51,742 nucleotides of DNA, taken from Armatimonadota bacterium (GTDB taxonomy: Bacteria; Armatimonadota; SYMT01). Position 1 is the stretch's first letter. Every line of letters begins with the position of its first letter. The stretch covers positions 1 to 51,742 of the forward strand of contig JBKBRF010000047.1 in the NCBI GenBank assembly GCA_046292385.1. Direction: 5' to 3'. A program made the position numbers and the translations under genes. This document shows, piece by piece, positions 28,535 through 36,801 of the stretch. The notes beneath the pieces are model-generated. The model worked only from the letters and a program-made list of their open reading frames with translations. It was not told where the DNA came from and searched no databases.

Positions 28535-29728
28535 ATGAAATACGCGGAGCGAATGTCCCGGCTCGGGACGGAGAACGCCTTTACGGTGCTGGCGGAAGTG
28601 GAGCGGCTGCGGTCTGCCGGCCGGCACATCGTGAGCCTCGGCATCGGCGATCCGGATTTCGATACCCCCGCCAACATCCGGGAGGCCGCGAAGCGTGCCC
28701 TCGACTCCGGCCGCACGCACTACACTCCGTCCGCCGGGACCCCGGCGCTGCGCGAGGCGGTGTCGGCCTACCTCACCCGGACCCGCGGCGTGCCGTTCAC
28801 CCCGGAAGAGGTGGTGATCACCCCGGGCGGCAAGCCGGTGATCTTCAACACGATCATGGCGGTCGCCGAGCCGGGCGACGAGGTGATCTACCCGAACCCC
28901 GGCTTTCCGATCTACGAGTCGGTGATCCAATTCGCTGGCGCGAAGCCGGTGCCGCTCGCGCTGGTGGAGAGCCGCGACTTCCGGCTCGACCTGGACCAGC
29001 TCCGCCGCGCCGCCTCGGACCGGACCCGCCTGATCATCCTCAACTCCCCTAACAACCCGACTGGCGGCGTGCTGAGCCGCGCCGACATGGAAGCGGTCGC
29101 CGAGGTAGCGCGGGAGTGCGACGCCTGGGTGCTGGCGGACGAGATCTACAGCGAGTTCCTCTTCGAGGGAGAGCACGTCAGCATTACGCAGGTGCCGGGG
29201 ATGAAGGAGCGCACGATCCTGCTCGACGGCTTCTCCAAGACCTTCGCGATGACCGGCTGGCGGATGGGCTACGGCGCCATGCCGGTGGAGATGGCCCGGC
29301 GGATCGCGCAGCTCAACACGAACATCCTCTCCTGCACCGCCACCTTCAGCCAGGATGCCGGCGTGGAGGCGCTCACCGGGCCGCAGGACGACGTCCGCGC
29401 CATGCTTGCCGAGTTCCGCGCCCGCCGCGACATGGCGGTGGCCGAGCTGAACCGCATCCCCGGCATCTCCTGCGTGATGCCGCGCGGCGCCTTCTACGCG
29501 TTCCCGAACGTCACCGGGGCGTGCCGCCGCCTCGGTCTCCGCACCGCGGAGGAGTTCCAGCACGCGATGCTCCACGACGGCGGCGTGGCGGTGCTCGCCC
29601 GGACCAACTTCGGCCCGCGCAACGAAGGGGAGGACCAGGAGTACGTCCGCATCTCCTTCGCCACCTCGCGAGAGCTGCTGATGGAAGGCCTCCGCCGCAT
29701 GAGGGCACTGATCGAGTCCGCGGGCTGA
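28535..29728 (+). CDS. Class I/II PLP-dependent aminotransferase (aspartate aminotransferase-like)
   Basis: GDPDFDTP, NSPNNPTG, DEIY, GFSKTFAMTGWRMGY. Confidence 0.93.
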   Translation: MKYAERMSRLGTENAFTVLAEVERLRSAGRHIVSLGIGDPDFDTPANIREAAKRALDSGRTHYTPSAGTPALREAVSAYLTRTRGVPFTPEEVVITPGGKPVIFNTIMAVAEPGDEVIYPNPGFPIYESVIQFAGAKPVPLALVESRDFRLDLDQLRRAASDRTRLIILNSPNNPTGGVLSRADMEAVAEVARECDAWVLADEIYSEFLFEGEHVSITQVPGMKERTILLDGFSKTFAMTGWRMGYGAMPVEMARRIAQLNTNILSCTATFSQDAGVEALTGPQDDVRAMLAEFRARRDMAVAELNRIPGISCVMPRGAFYAFPNVTGACRRLGLRTAEEFQHAMLHDGGVAVLARTNFGPRNEGEDQEYVRISFATSRELLMEGLRRMRALIESAG

Positions 29729-29933
29729 TCCGAACGAACGCGAAGGCGCGAAGTTTGCGCGAAGGACGCGAAGAGGAGCCTAAGAAAGCAATCAGGCTCT
29801 CCGCCGTAGGGGGTTCGCAGCCCGCGGAGGCGGGCTTTGCTCTATGTAGCGCCGAGTTCACTCGCGCGCGGGTCTGCGAATCCTGACCGACTTCGCGTTC
29901 TTCCCTCCCTTCGCGCCTTCGCGTTCGTTCGGA
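29729..29933. repeat. Perfect 25-bp inverted repeat of CGCGAAG units enclosing a REP copy (29818-29869)
   Basis: TCCGAACGAACGCGAAGGCGCGAAG (29729-29753) is the reverse complement of 29909-29933. Confidence 0.9.
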
Positions 29934-29937
29934 AAGG

Positions 29938-30714
29938 TCACTCCTTGCGCCACTCAATGCCGGCGGTCATCCACGCCAGGATGCGGTCGGCCACCCGGGG
30001 CGCGAAGCGGCTGCCCCAGATGCCGAAGCCGTAGTAGCGCGGCACGACGGCCCGGCGGCGGGGGCGGCGGAGGAGGTTCACGACGAGGCGGCCGACGACC
30101 GCGGCCGGCGGCATGGGAAGCGGCACCGCGGCCGTCATCTCGGTACGGATAAAGCCGGGCTGAATGGTGGTGACGTGCAGGCCCTGCGGCTCCACTTCCC
30201 GCCGCAGCCCCTCCGTGAAGCCGCTGACGCCGCCCTTGGTCGCCGCGTAGATCACGCCGCGCGGCGACGGGATGTCGGCGGCGACCGAGGAGATCGTGAG
30301 AATGTGGCCGGAGCCGCGGGCCAGCATCTCCGGCAGCACCTCCCGCACCGGGCGGATCACGCCGAGCAGGTTCACCTCCACCTGGTGGAGCAGGTGCTCC
30401 TCCGTGCTCTCCGCCACCGTCTCTTCGTAGCCGACGCCGGCGTTGGCCACCAGGGCGTCGATCCGCCCGAACCGCTCCCGGGTGCGGGCGATCATCTCCC
30501 GGATCTGCTCCAGGTCCCGGATGTCGCTCTGCATCACTAGCGTCTGCTCCGGCCGGCCGATCCGCTCCTCCAGCGCCTCGAGGCGGTCGAGCCGGCGCCC
30601 CGTGAGCGCCACCCGGTGTCCCGCCTCCGCGCACGCCAGGCCGATCGCCTCCCCCAGCCCGCTGCTCGCCCCGGTGACGAGGACGACCTTCCCCGCTTTC
30701 CCCTGCTTACTCAT
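29938..30714 (-). CDS. Short-chain dehydrogenase/reductase
   Basis: TGASSGLG, ANAG, YAATK; start likely MSKQGK at 30714. Confidence 0.9.
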   Translation of the reverse strand: MSKQGKAGKVVLVTGASSGLGEAIGLACAEAGHRVALTGRRLDRLEALEERIGRPEQTLVMQSDIRDLEQIREMIARTRERFGRIDALVANAGVGYEETVAESTEEHLLHQVEVNLLGVIRPVREVLPEMLARGSGHILTISSVAADIPSPRGVIYAATKGGVSGFTEGLRREVEPQGLHVTTIQPGFIRTEMTAAVPLPMPPAAVVGRLVVNLLRRPRRRAVVPRYYGFGIWGSRFAPRVADRILAWMTAGIEWRKE

Positions 30715-31543
30715 GTGCGACAGGTTCGGCGGAGCGGGTGAAAGGTCATTCCGCGGGATGGTGCGTCGCATGGCTCTCGGAATCGGTGGCCCTGAAGGAC
30801 CACCCTGACTCTCGGGCAAGCCGGCTAATGGGAGTTAAGAAATAAAGCGAGGAGAAGTCAAGCTCGGTTGGCTACCAAGTACGTCTCGCTCTCGGGACCT
30901 CACGCGGACTGCTCAATTCAGGTCGCCGCGGCCTCAGGTTGAACGGTCAGGATTATCTCCGGCTATTTTCTTTACTTTCATAAGCCGGCTGTACTTTCGC
31001 AGGGCTCTACGGAGGCATAGCGCACTCATGAAAGTGCACGAATTCGTCGGGTAGCAGCCACCGGGCGGTTGAAACCGCAGCAACCACGGCACGAAGTTTT
31101 ATCCCCCGGGAAGCGGGACCGCCTTCGTGGATTGAGAAGGCCCCGTTTGGGCGTCCGGAGGACGCGTGGCCGCAGGCCCTCCAGCGAGGTATTTCAATGC
31201 CTCGCGGCCCCACGGATACTCCGCCTGGCTGCCCGGTTACTTGGTAAACCTTCTTCAGCCTGCGTTCCATTCCGCCGCAGGCGGGTCGTTTACCGCCCGC
31301 ACGCAGCCTACCGGAGACGCTCCGCCCGGATTCCGGCACAGCGCCTCGGTGGGAGGCGGGCCAAGCTGGCGGGCGCGTTCCTGGCGCGGCTCGCAGGCCC
31401 CTACCGACCGACGACTCCCTCCGTCCGCTGCCCGGCAGGTTGGAGAGTGTACCTGCCTCGGGTAAACTGTGCGTATCGTCCGGAACACGCAGATGGCGGC
31501 GCCCGGAGCCGAAATTGCGGAACACGACTGAAAGGAACGCCCG

Positions 31544-32011
31544 ATGGCAGACCAGGAGATCCTCGACGGCTTGAACGAGGTGATGTGCACCGAATACACC
31601 AGCATGATCCAGCTCATGCAGCACAGCTTCCTCATGCAGGGCGCTGACCGGTACGTGTTCGCGGATCTGCTGCGCGACCACGCTAAGGATACGCTCACCC
31701 ACGCGCGGGAGCTCGGCGACAAGATTGTCTCGCTCGGCGGCGTGCCGACCGTGCAGATCGGCGAGGTGCGCCAGTCGACCGACACGCAGGAGATGCTCCG
31801 GCAGGACCTGGAGCAGCACCGGGCGGCGGTCGAGAAGATCAACGAGATGGTGGAGAAGGCAGACGCGCGCAAGATGGTGGCGCTGCGCGTGCTGCTGGAA
31901 GAGATGAGCTACGAGGAGACCCAGTTCCTGGAAGAGTTGGAGAAGGCGCTGGCGATGAAGACCGTCTCCGCGGAGCAGCTCAACCGCCCCCGCCGCGCGC
32001 GCACGGCCTGA
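31544..32011 (+). CDS. Ferritin-like (bacterioferritin-fold) protein
   Basis: ILDGLNE..E..Q..QH, HARELGDKIVSLGGVP, EMLRQDL; RBS AAAGGAA. Confidence 0.8.
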   Translation: MADQEILDGLNEVMCTEYTSMIQLMQHSFLMQGADRYVFADLLRDHAKDTLTHARELGDKIVSLGGVPTVQIGEVRQSTDTQEMLRQDLEQHRAAVEKINEMVEKADARKMVALRVLLEEMSYEETQFLEELEKALAMKTVSAEQLNRPRRARTA

Positions 32012-32090
32012 GCGCGCAGTAGGAACGCGGTTTAGCTCTGCCTAAAGAACTTGCCGAACCCTGCTGACATCGACCCTTCGCCGTGACATA

Positions 32091-32459
32091 ATGGGGTTGT
32101 GCGGTCACCCGGACCGCAGCCCTTTCGTCACGGAGCTGGAGATGCAGCAGGGTTCAGCGCAAGTTTCGCAGGCCGGAAGCCGCATGCTGGGAGAGCTTCC
32201 CAGCGCCGACAGCCGCACCCGGGTGGAGCTCTGGGAGCGCACGGGCGAGGACGGCAGCACGCTGCTCGACCTGGTGGAGTACTCCTGGGGCTCCGGGCTC
32301 GGCTGGTACGTCCAGAAGCGGATGACCTTGGACGGCGCCCAGGCTCAGGCGCTGCGGAGCATCCTGGCACCGGCGGTCACCGCTCCCCCCACCCCGCGCC
32401 TGATCCAGCCGCGCCCGCCGGTGCAGCGGGACGGCAACGTGGTGCGGCTCGTCTTCTGA
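32091..32459 (+). CDS. Hypothetical protein
   Basis: Globular core RVELWE..LVEYSWGSGLGWYVQKR; followed by a terminator; start uncertain. Confidence 0.6.
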   Translation: MGLCGHPDRSPFVTELEMQQGSAQVSQAGSRMLGELPSADSRTRVELWERTGEDGSTLLDLVEYSWGSGLGWYVQKRMTLDGAQAQALRSILAPAVTAPPTPRLIQPRPPVQRDGNVVRLVF

Positions 32460-32483
32460 GCCGAGTCGCCCTCCCCCATTCCG

Positions 32484-32520
32484 GAAAGCCCCGCCCGTGG
32501 TACGGACGGGGCTTTCTTCT
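32484..32520 (+). terminator. Intrinsic terminator
   Basis: GAAAGCCCCG...CGGGGCTTTC followed by TTCT. Confidence 0.7.
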
Positions 32521-32674
32521 GTACGGCGAGCTGCCAGGCCCCCGATTGTTCCCTGGTTTACAGAATCGTCAACTTGCCGCACAATTCGCTTACCGGGGTA
32601 TCACCCGGTATACCGGGCGGCGCTCGCGCTTCCGGCCGCGACCGGTCGCCGCTGCCGCAGGAAGAGGGGGACCG

Positions 32675-33109
32675 ATGGCTACCGTAGATGATCTACTCGC
32701 CCGAAAGGGGACGCACGTCTACACCGTGCCGCCCCGCGCCTCCGTGCTGGAGGCGGTCCGGCGCATGAACGAGTACCGGGTCGGCGCGCTGGTGGTGATG
32801 GACGACTACCGGATCCGCGGCATCTTCACGGAACGGGACGTGCTCCGCCGGGTGGTGGCGGACGAGCGGCTTCCTTCGGAGGTGCGGGTGCAGGAGGTGA
32901 TGAGCGAAGATATCCTCTGCGTCCGGCCCGGCACCCCGGTCGACCAGGTGGCCCGCATCCTGAAGGACCGCCGCATCCGGCACCTGCCGGTCTGCGATGA
33001 GGAGGGGCGCGTCCTGGGCCTCGTCTCAATCGGCGACGTTAACGCCTTCCACGCCAGCGACCAGGAGGCGACGATCCACCTCCTGAACGAGCTGTTCTGC
33101 GCGCGATAG
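32675..33109 (+). CDS. CBS-domain protein
   Basis: MATVDDLL..., VGALVV, GIFTERD, RIRHLPV, GLVSIGD. Confidence 0.9.
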   Translation: MATVDDLLARKGTHVYTVPPRASVLEAVRRMNEYRVGALVVMDDYRIRGIFTERDVLRRVVADERLPSEVRVQEVMSEDILCVRPGTPVDQVARILKDRRIRHLPVCDEEGRVLGLVSIGDVNAFHASDQEATIHLLNELFCAR

Positions 33110-33529
33110 GCGTCCGGGCTCGGAGAGTGGGCGATGTCAAGGAGAGTCGCTTCCACTCTCCGGGCCTGGAGAAGTGGCGTCTGACCCTTCGGCCTCGCAG
33201 CGGCGACCCGGCAGCACGAGCGCCCCAGAGATCAGCCCGAGCGTATCCACCACGGCGAACCACTTGCGCCCTTCCAGGCGTTTGCCTCTGTGAGATCCAA
33301 CCGAGCCGGTGCTCCCCCCATTTTCCGCGCTCCTGGCACGCCGTTCTGTACTCTCGATTACCGAGCTCCCGCCGAGCAACTTCTTCATTACCAACCCGCT
33401 CCCCAAAAAGAAACGTCGCCCTCGTTTCTCTCCTCCACACCTCGGGTAAGTCCCGAGAAAGACAACTCGAAGGCTCGCTGCCCGCGTGGGAGAGATCCCG
33501 CCGGACGCGGGCCGGGAGGAGGAATGAGG

Positions 33530-34207
33530 ATGAATCGATTTGATGAGCCGATCGGTGATGCCGATACCGTGGAGACCGGGCGCAAGGGCGGCGCGGTCGC
33601 CGGCACCTACGCGGGCGGGATCCCGATCGTTTCCCACGCGGAACAGGCCGAGCTGGGCGAAGCCGCGTACCTCGGCGTCAGCCGGGTGAGCTGGTCGGCG
33701 ATCTGGGCCGCGCTGTTCATCGGCACGATGACCTACCTGATCATGGCGCTGCTCGGCGCGGCGATCGGGATGACCTGGGTGAACAACGATGACGTGCAGG
33801 CGGGGACGATGCGTACCGCCGGCTTGGTCTGGATGCTATTCTGCAGCGCGGTCTCTGCTTTCGTGGGCGGCTTCATCAGCGGGTGGATGCACCGCCTGCC
33901 GGGCAAAGGGAACGGCGCGATGAACGGGCTACTCTACGGCTCGTTCAGCATCCTGTTCCTGTCGATCCTCGGGGCGATCCCGATCATGCAGGCCGTGCCC
34001 ACTTTCGCGAACCTGTTCGCGCAGCTGGGCGTGGGCAGCCCGCAGATCGACCCCCAGAGAGCGGCGACGATTGCGCAGAATACCGCCTGGTGGGCGCTCG
34101 GCGGGATCCTGCTGGCGCTCGGCATTTCGGCCCTGGGCGGCTACGTGGGCGCCCGGCGCGCTCCGATCGACCCGCTGGCTACCGGCGACGCGGCTCATCG
34201 GCACTAA
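33530..34207 (+). CDS. Membrane protein (4 TM, 'SWSAIWAG'-type)
   Basis: GGAGGAGG RBS; RVSWSAIWAALF motif; four hydrophobic helices. Confidence 0.72.
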   Translation: MNRFDEPIGDADTVETGRKGGAVAGTYAGGIPIVSHAEQAELGEAAYLGVSRVSWSAIWAALFIGTMTYLIMALLGAAIGMTWVNNDDVQAGTMRTAGLVWMLFCSAVSAFVGGFISGWMHRLPGKGNGAMNGLLYGSFSILFLSILGAIPIMQAVPTFANLFAQLGVGSPQIDPQRAATIAQNTAWWALGGILLALGISALGGYVGARRAPIDPLATGDAAHRH

Positions 34208-34254
34208 CCGGTAGTCCGACCTAGATCCGGGACAGGCGGGATCGCTACCCCGCC

Positions 34255-34302
34255 GGTGGACGGGATCCCTCGAAACGGGTCCCGTCCACCCGTTCGTTTT
34301 TT
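34255..34302 (+). terminator. Intrinsic terminator
   Basis: GGTGGACGGGA...TCCCGTCCACC followed by CGTTCGTTTTTT. Confidence 0.72.
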
Positions 34303-34382
34303 TGGCGATCTTTTTTCCGTGGAGCGCAACCCGCAGCGCCTCCCCTCGTTAGGAGAGGGAGAGCAACGCGAGGAGCCGGAAC

Positions 34383-35609
34383 ATGCGCGCCATTCCACTC
34401 ATCCTCTGCCTGGTCGGGTTGACCGTCGTCGAAAGCGTCCGCGCCCACGCGCAGGCACCGGCCCCGGAGTCTGGGGTTTCCGTCTTCGAGCAGGTGATCC
34501 CGAACCCCACCGGGGAGAACGGCTACGAGGAGCTGGTGCTGGCCGGGCAGATGTTGAAGGCGAGCCCCTACGCCGAGCTGCTGGGCCAGAATCCGCCGCT
34601 CTCGGTAAAGCGCAAGATCCTGGCGGACCGCACCTGCCAGCAGGCCCTGCGCCTGCTGCGGCGGGGAGTGGAGAAGCCGGTCCTCTCGCCGCGCCAGCAG
34701 GTCACCTTCAGCACGCTGCTTCCGGAGCTCAGTCTCTTCCGGAATCTAGGCCGGCTGCTCGCCGTGGAGCAGTACGTGCTGCTGGCCGACGGCAAGACGA
34801 CGGAGGCGGTCGGGGAGGTGCGGCTCTGCTTCCGCTTCGCGGAGGCGATCCAGACCGACACCATCATCAGCGGCCTCGTCGGGGTGGCGATCGCCACGGT
34901 CTGCCTGCAGCCGATGCTCGACCACCTGGACCAGCTCTCCGTGCGGGACCTCCAGGCGCTCCAGGCGGTCTGCCTGGAATGGCTCGCGAAGCCGAGCCCG
35001 CTGGTGCGGCTGATCGAGGCGGAGCGCTTCTCGATGCGGCATTGCCTGGCGGAGATGCGGGACAACGCCCGCCAGAAAGGGCTTCTCGCCGCCTTTTCGG
35101 AGCTGACGCCGGACAGCGAGGAAGTCCGGCCGTACGCCGGCCAGATTCCCGCGACGGAAGAAGGGTTGGACCGGTTCTTCGGGCAGGTCCACCAGGAAAT
35201 GGATCGGTATTACGCGCGGACCCTGGAGGAGCTGAAGAAGCCCGCCTGGCTGCGACAGATTCCGGATCCGGAAGAGGGAAAGGACCTGCCCGGCGCGGTC
35301 GCGCGGGCGCTGCTGACCGACTTCGGCACGCTGGACGACCGCTACACTCACGAGGCGGCAAAGGTGCGGCTTATGGTGGTTCACACGGTCATCCGGCGCT
35401 ACCGGTGGGAACACGACGCGCTGCCCGATTCCCTGGAGGGGCTGCGCCTGGGCGAGCTGGCGCGCGATCCGTTCAACGGCGCGTCCCTGGAGTACGTCTG
35501 GCGCGGCAGCCGCTACTCGCTGACCAGCATCGGCGCGCCCGCTTCGAACGCCGACGATCCGCGGCAGGTCAACGGCCGCATCCCGGTTGCGCTCACGCCT
35601 GACGACTGA
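34383..35609 (+). CDS. Secreted hypothetical protein
   Basis: Signal peptide MRAIPLILCLVGL..AHA; helical body; C-terminal LPDSLE..DPFNG..Y..YSLTSIG. Confidence 0.75.
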   Translation: MRAIPLILCLVGLTVVESVRAHAQAPAPESGVSVFEQVIPNPTGENGYEELVLAGQMLKASPYAELLGQNPPLSVKRKILADRTCQQALRLLRRGVEKPVLSPRQQVTFSTLLPELSLFRNLGRLLAVEQYVLLADGKTTEAVGEVRLCFRFAEAIQTDTIISGLVGVAIATVCLQPMLDHLDQLSVRDLQALQAVCLEWLAKPSPLVRLIEAERFSMRHCLAEMRDNARQKGLLAAFSELTPDSEEVRPYAGQIPATEEGLDRFFGQVHQEMDRYYARTLEELKKPAWLRQIPDPEEGKDLPGAVARALLTDFGTLDDRYTHEAAKVRLMVVHTVIRRYRWEHDALPDSLEGLRLGELARDPFNGASLEYVWRGSRYSLTSIGAPASNADDPRQVNGRIPVALTPDD

Positions 35610-35633
35610 CCCGCGCTCCCGGCGGCCGACCCC

Positions 35634-36599
35634 CTATTTCGGCTGCGGCACGTTGCGGTACTTCGCGTGGCAAGACCCGCACCCGGCTGCCAGCCTGCCG
35701 AGCTGCCTGCTCGCCTCGTCCAGGCGGCCGGCCCGGAGCGCCGTCTCCAGCGCCTTTCCGTCCGCCTCCCCCTCGGCCATCCACTTGCGGTAGTCAGCCG
35801 GGCGCTGCTTCAGCTCGTCGGTGCGGTTCAGCTCCGTATACAGCTCCTGGAGCTGGAGCGCCTCGTAAGCCGCATCCACCCCCGGCCGCAGCCGCCACTC
35901 GTCCTTCTGAAGCTCCATCAGGCGGTCGAAGCGCTGCTCGATCTGCACCATCGCCTCCACCAGCGGCGGCGTGGGAGCGACTTCCGGGAGCTCGACCTTC
36001 AGCCGGTCGAGCTGCTCCTGCGTGGGCGGGCGATAGGCGCGCACGTTCGCGTAGAGGCCGGTGTAGCTCTTACCCGTGCCGGCCCGCTCCAACTCCCGGA
36101 CGGCTTCCTCGTTAGAGATGCCGTCGAGGGCGATGCGCGCCATCGCCGCGCCCACCGGGCTGCGATGCTTGCCGTGGTGGCAGTGGATGTAAACCGGCCC
36201 GGGGAGGTCGCGCACCGCCTTCGCCAGCGCGTTCGCCACCGGGGACGGGCAGCCGTCGTAGCCGAACGGGAGGTGGACGTAGCGCATCTGGTACTTCCGA
36301 GCCGTCTCCAGGTCCGGCTTCGCCCCGTCTACGGTGATGACGGTCTTCACGCCGAGCCGCTGCAGGGCCCGGAACCCCTCGTCCCCTTCCGGCACCCCGC
36401 CGGAGTAGAGCTTCTCCGAAAGGCGGATGACGTTGTGCAGCGCCGGGATGTCGACCGGCTGCGCGCCGACCGGCAGCGGGCCGTCCGGCAGGTCGTCCGC
36501 CCGGAGCGCCCCGGCCAGGAGCAGCACCGGTACGAGGAGGATCCCCCCCACCAGTGCCCCGGTTAGCGCCACTCCGAATCGCCGCCACTGCCTGCGCAT
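35634..36599 (-). CDS. Exported Cys-phosphatase-like (CX5R) domain fused to a C-terminal cytochrome c'-type heme motif
   Basis: Signal/TM; VYIHCHHGKHRS; C-terminal CGSCHAKYR. Confidence 0.78.
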   Translation of the reverse strand: MRRQWRRFGVALTGALVGGILLVPVLLLAGALRADDLPDGPLPVGAQPVDIPALHNVIRLSEKLYSGGVPEGDEGFRALQRLGVKTVITVDGAKPDLETARKYQMRYVHLPFGYDGCPSPVANALAKAVRDLPGPVYIHCHHGKHRSPVGAAMARIALDGISNEEAVRELERAGTGKSYTGLYANVRAYRPPTQEQLDRLKVELPEVAPTPPLVEAMVQIEQRFDRLMELQKDEWRLRPGVDAAYEALQLQELYTELNRTDELKQRPADYRKWMAEGEADGKALETALRAGRLDEASRQLGRLAAGCGSCHAKYRNVPQPK

Positions 36600-36639
36600 C
36601 AAAACCCCCTCGCCCGCACGGGTCGCCACAACCTAAGTT

Positions 36640-36665
36640 AACGGACCGGGGGGCCGAAACGTTAC
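36640..36665 (-). promoter_or_regulatory. Possible ECF-type promoter
   Basis: Minus strand GTAAC-N17-CGTT about 40 nt upstream of the phosphatase-cytochrome gene. Confidence 0.35.
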
Positions 36666-36801
36666 CGGAGCAGCCGCGAGCGCCGGCGCTCGTCGCGGAC
36701 TCTCAACGTCGCGCGCCGCCACCCGCGCTGAAACGAGCGGCCCCCGCGGGTGTCTGAAAGCGGCGGCGGGCTTTCCACCGCCGTCGGCTGTGGCACTGGC
36801 T

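Noticed and set aside
31007..31540. ORFs 31007-31819, 31069-31647 and 31166-31465 in the long intergenic region
   Set aside because: Arg/Pro-rich, motif-less and overlapping the ferritin-like gene; likely spurious.
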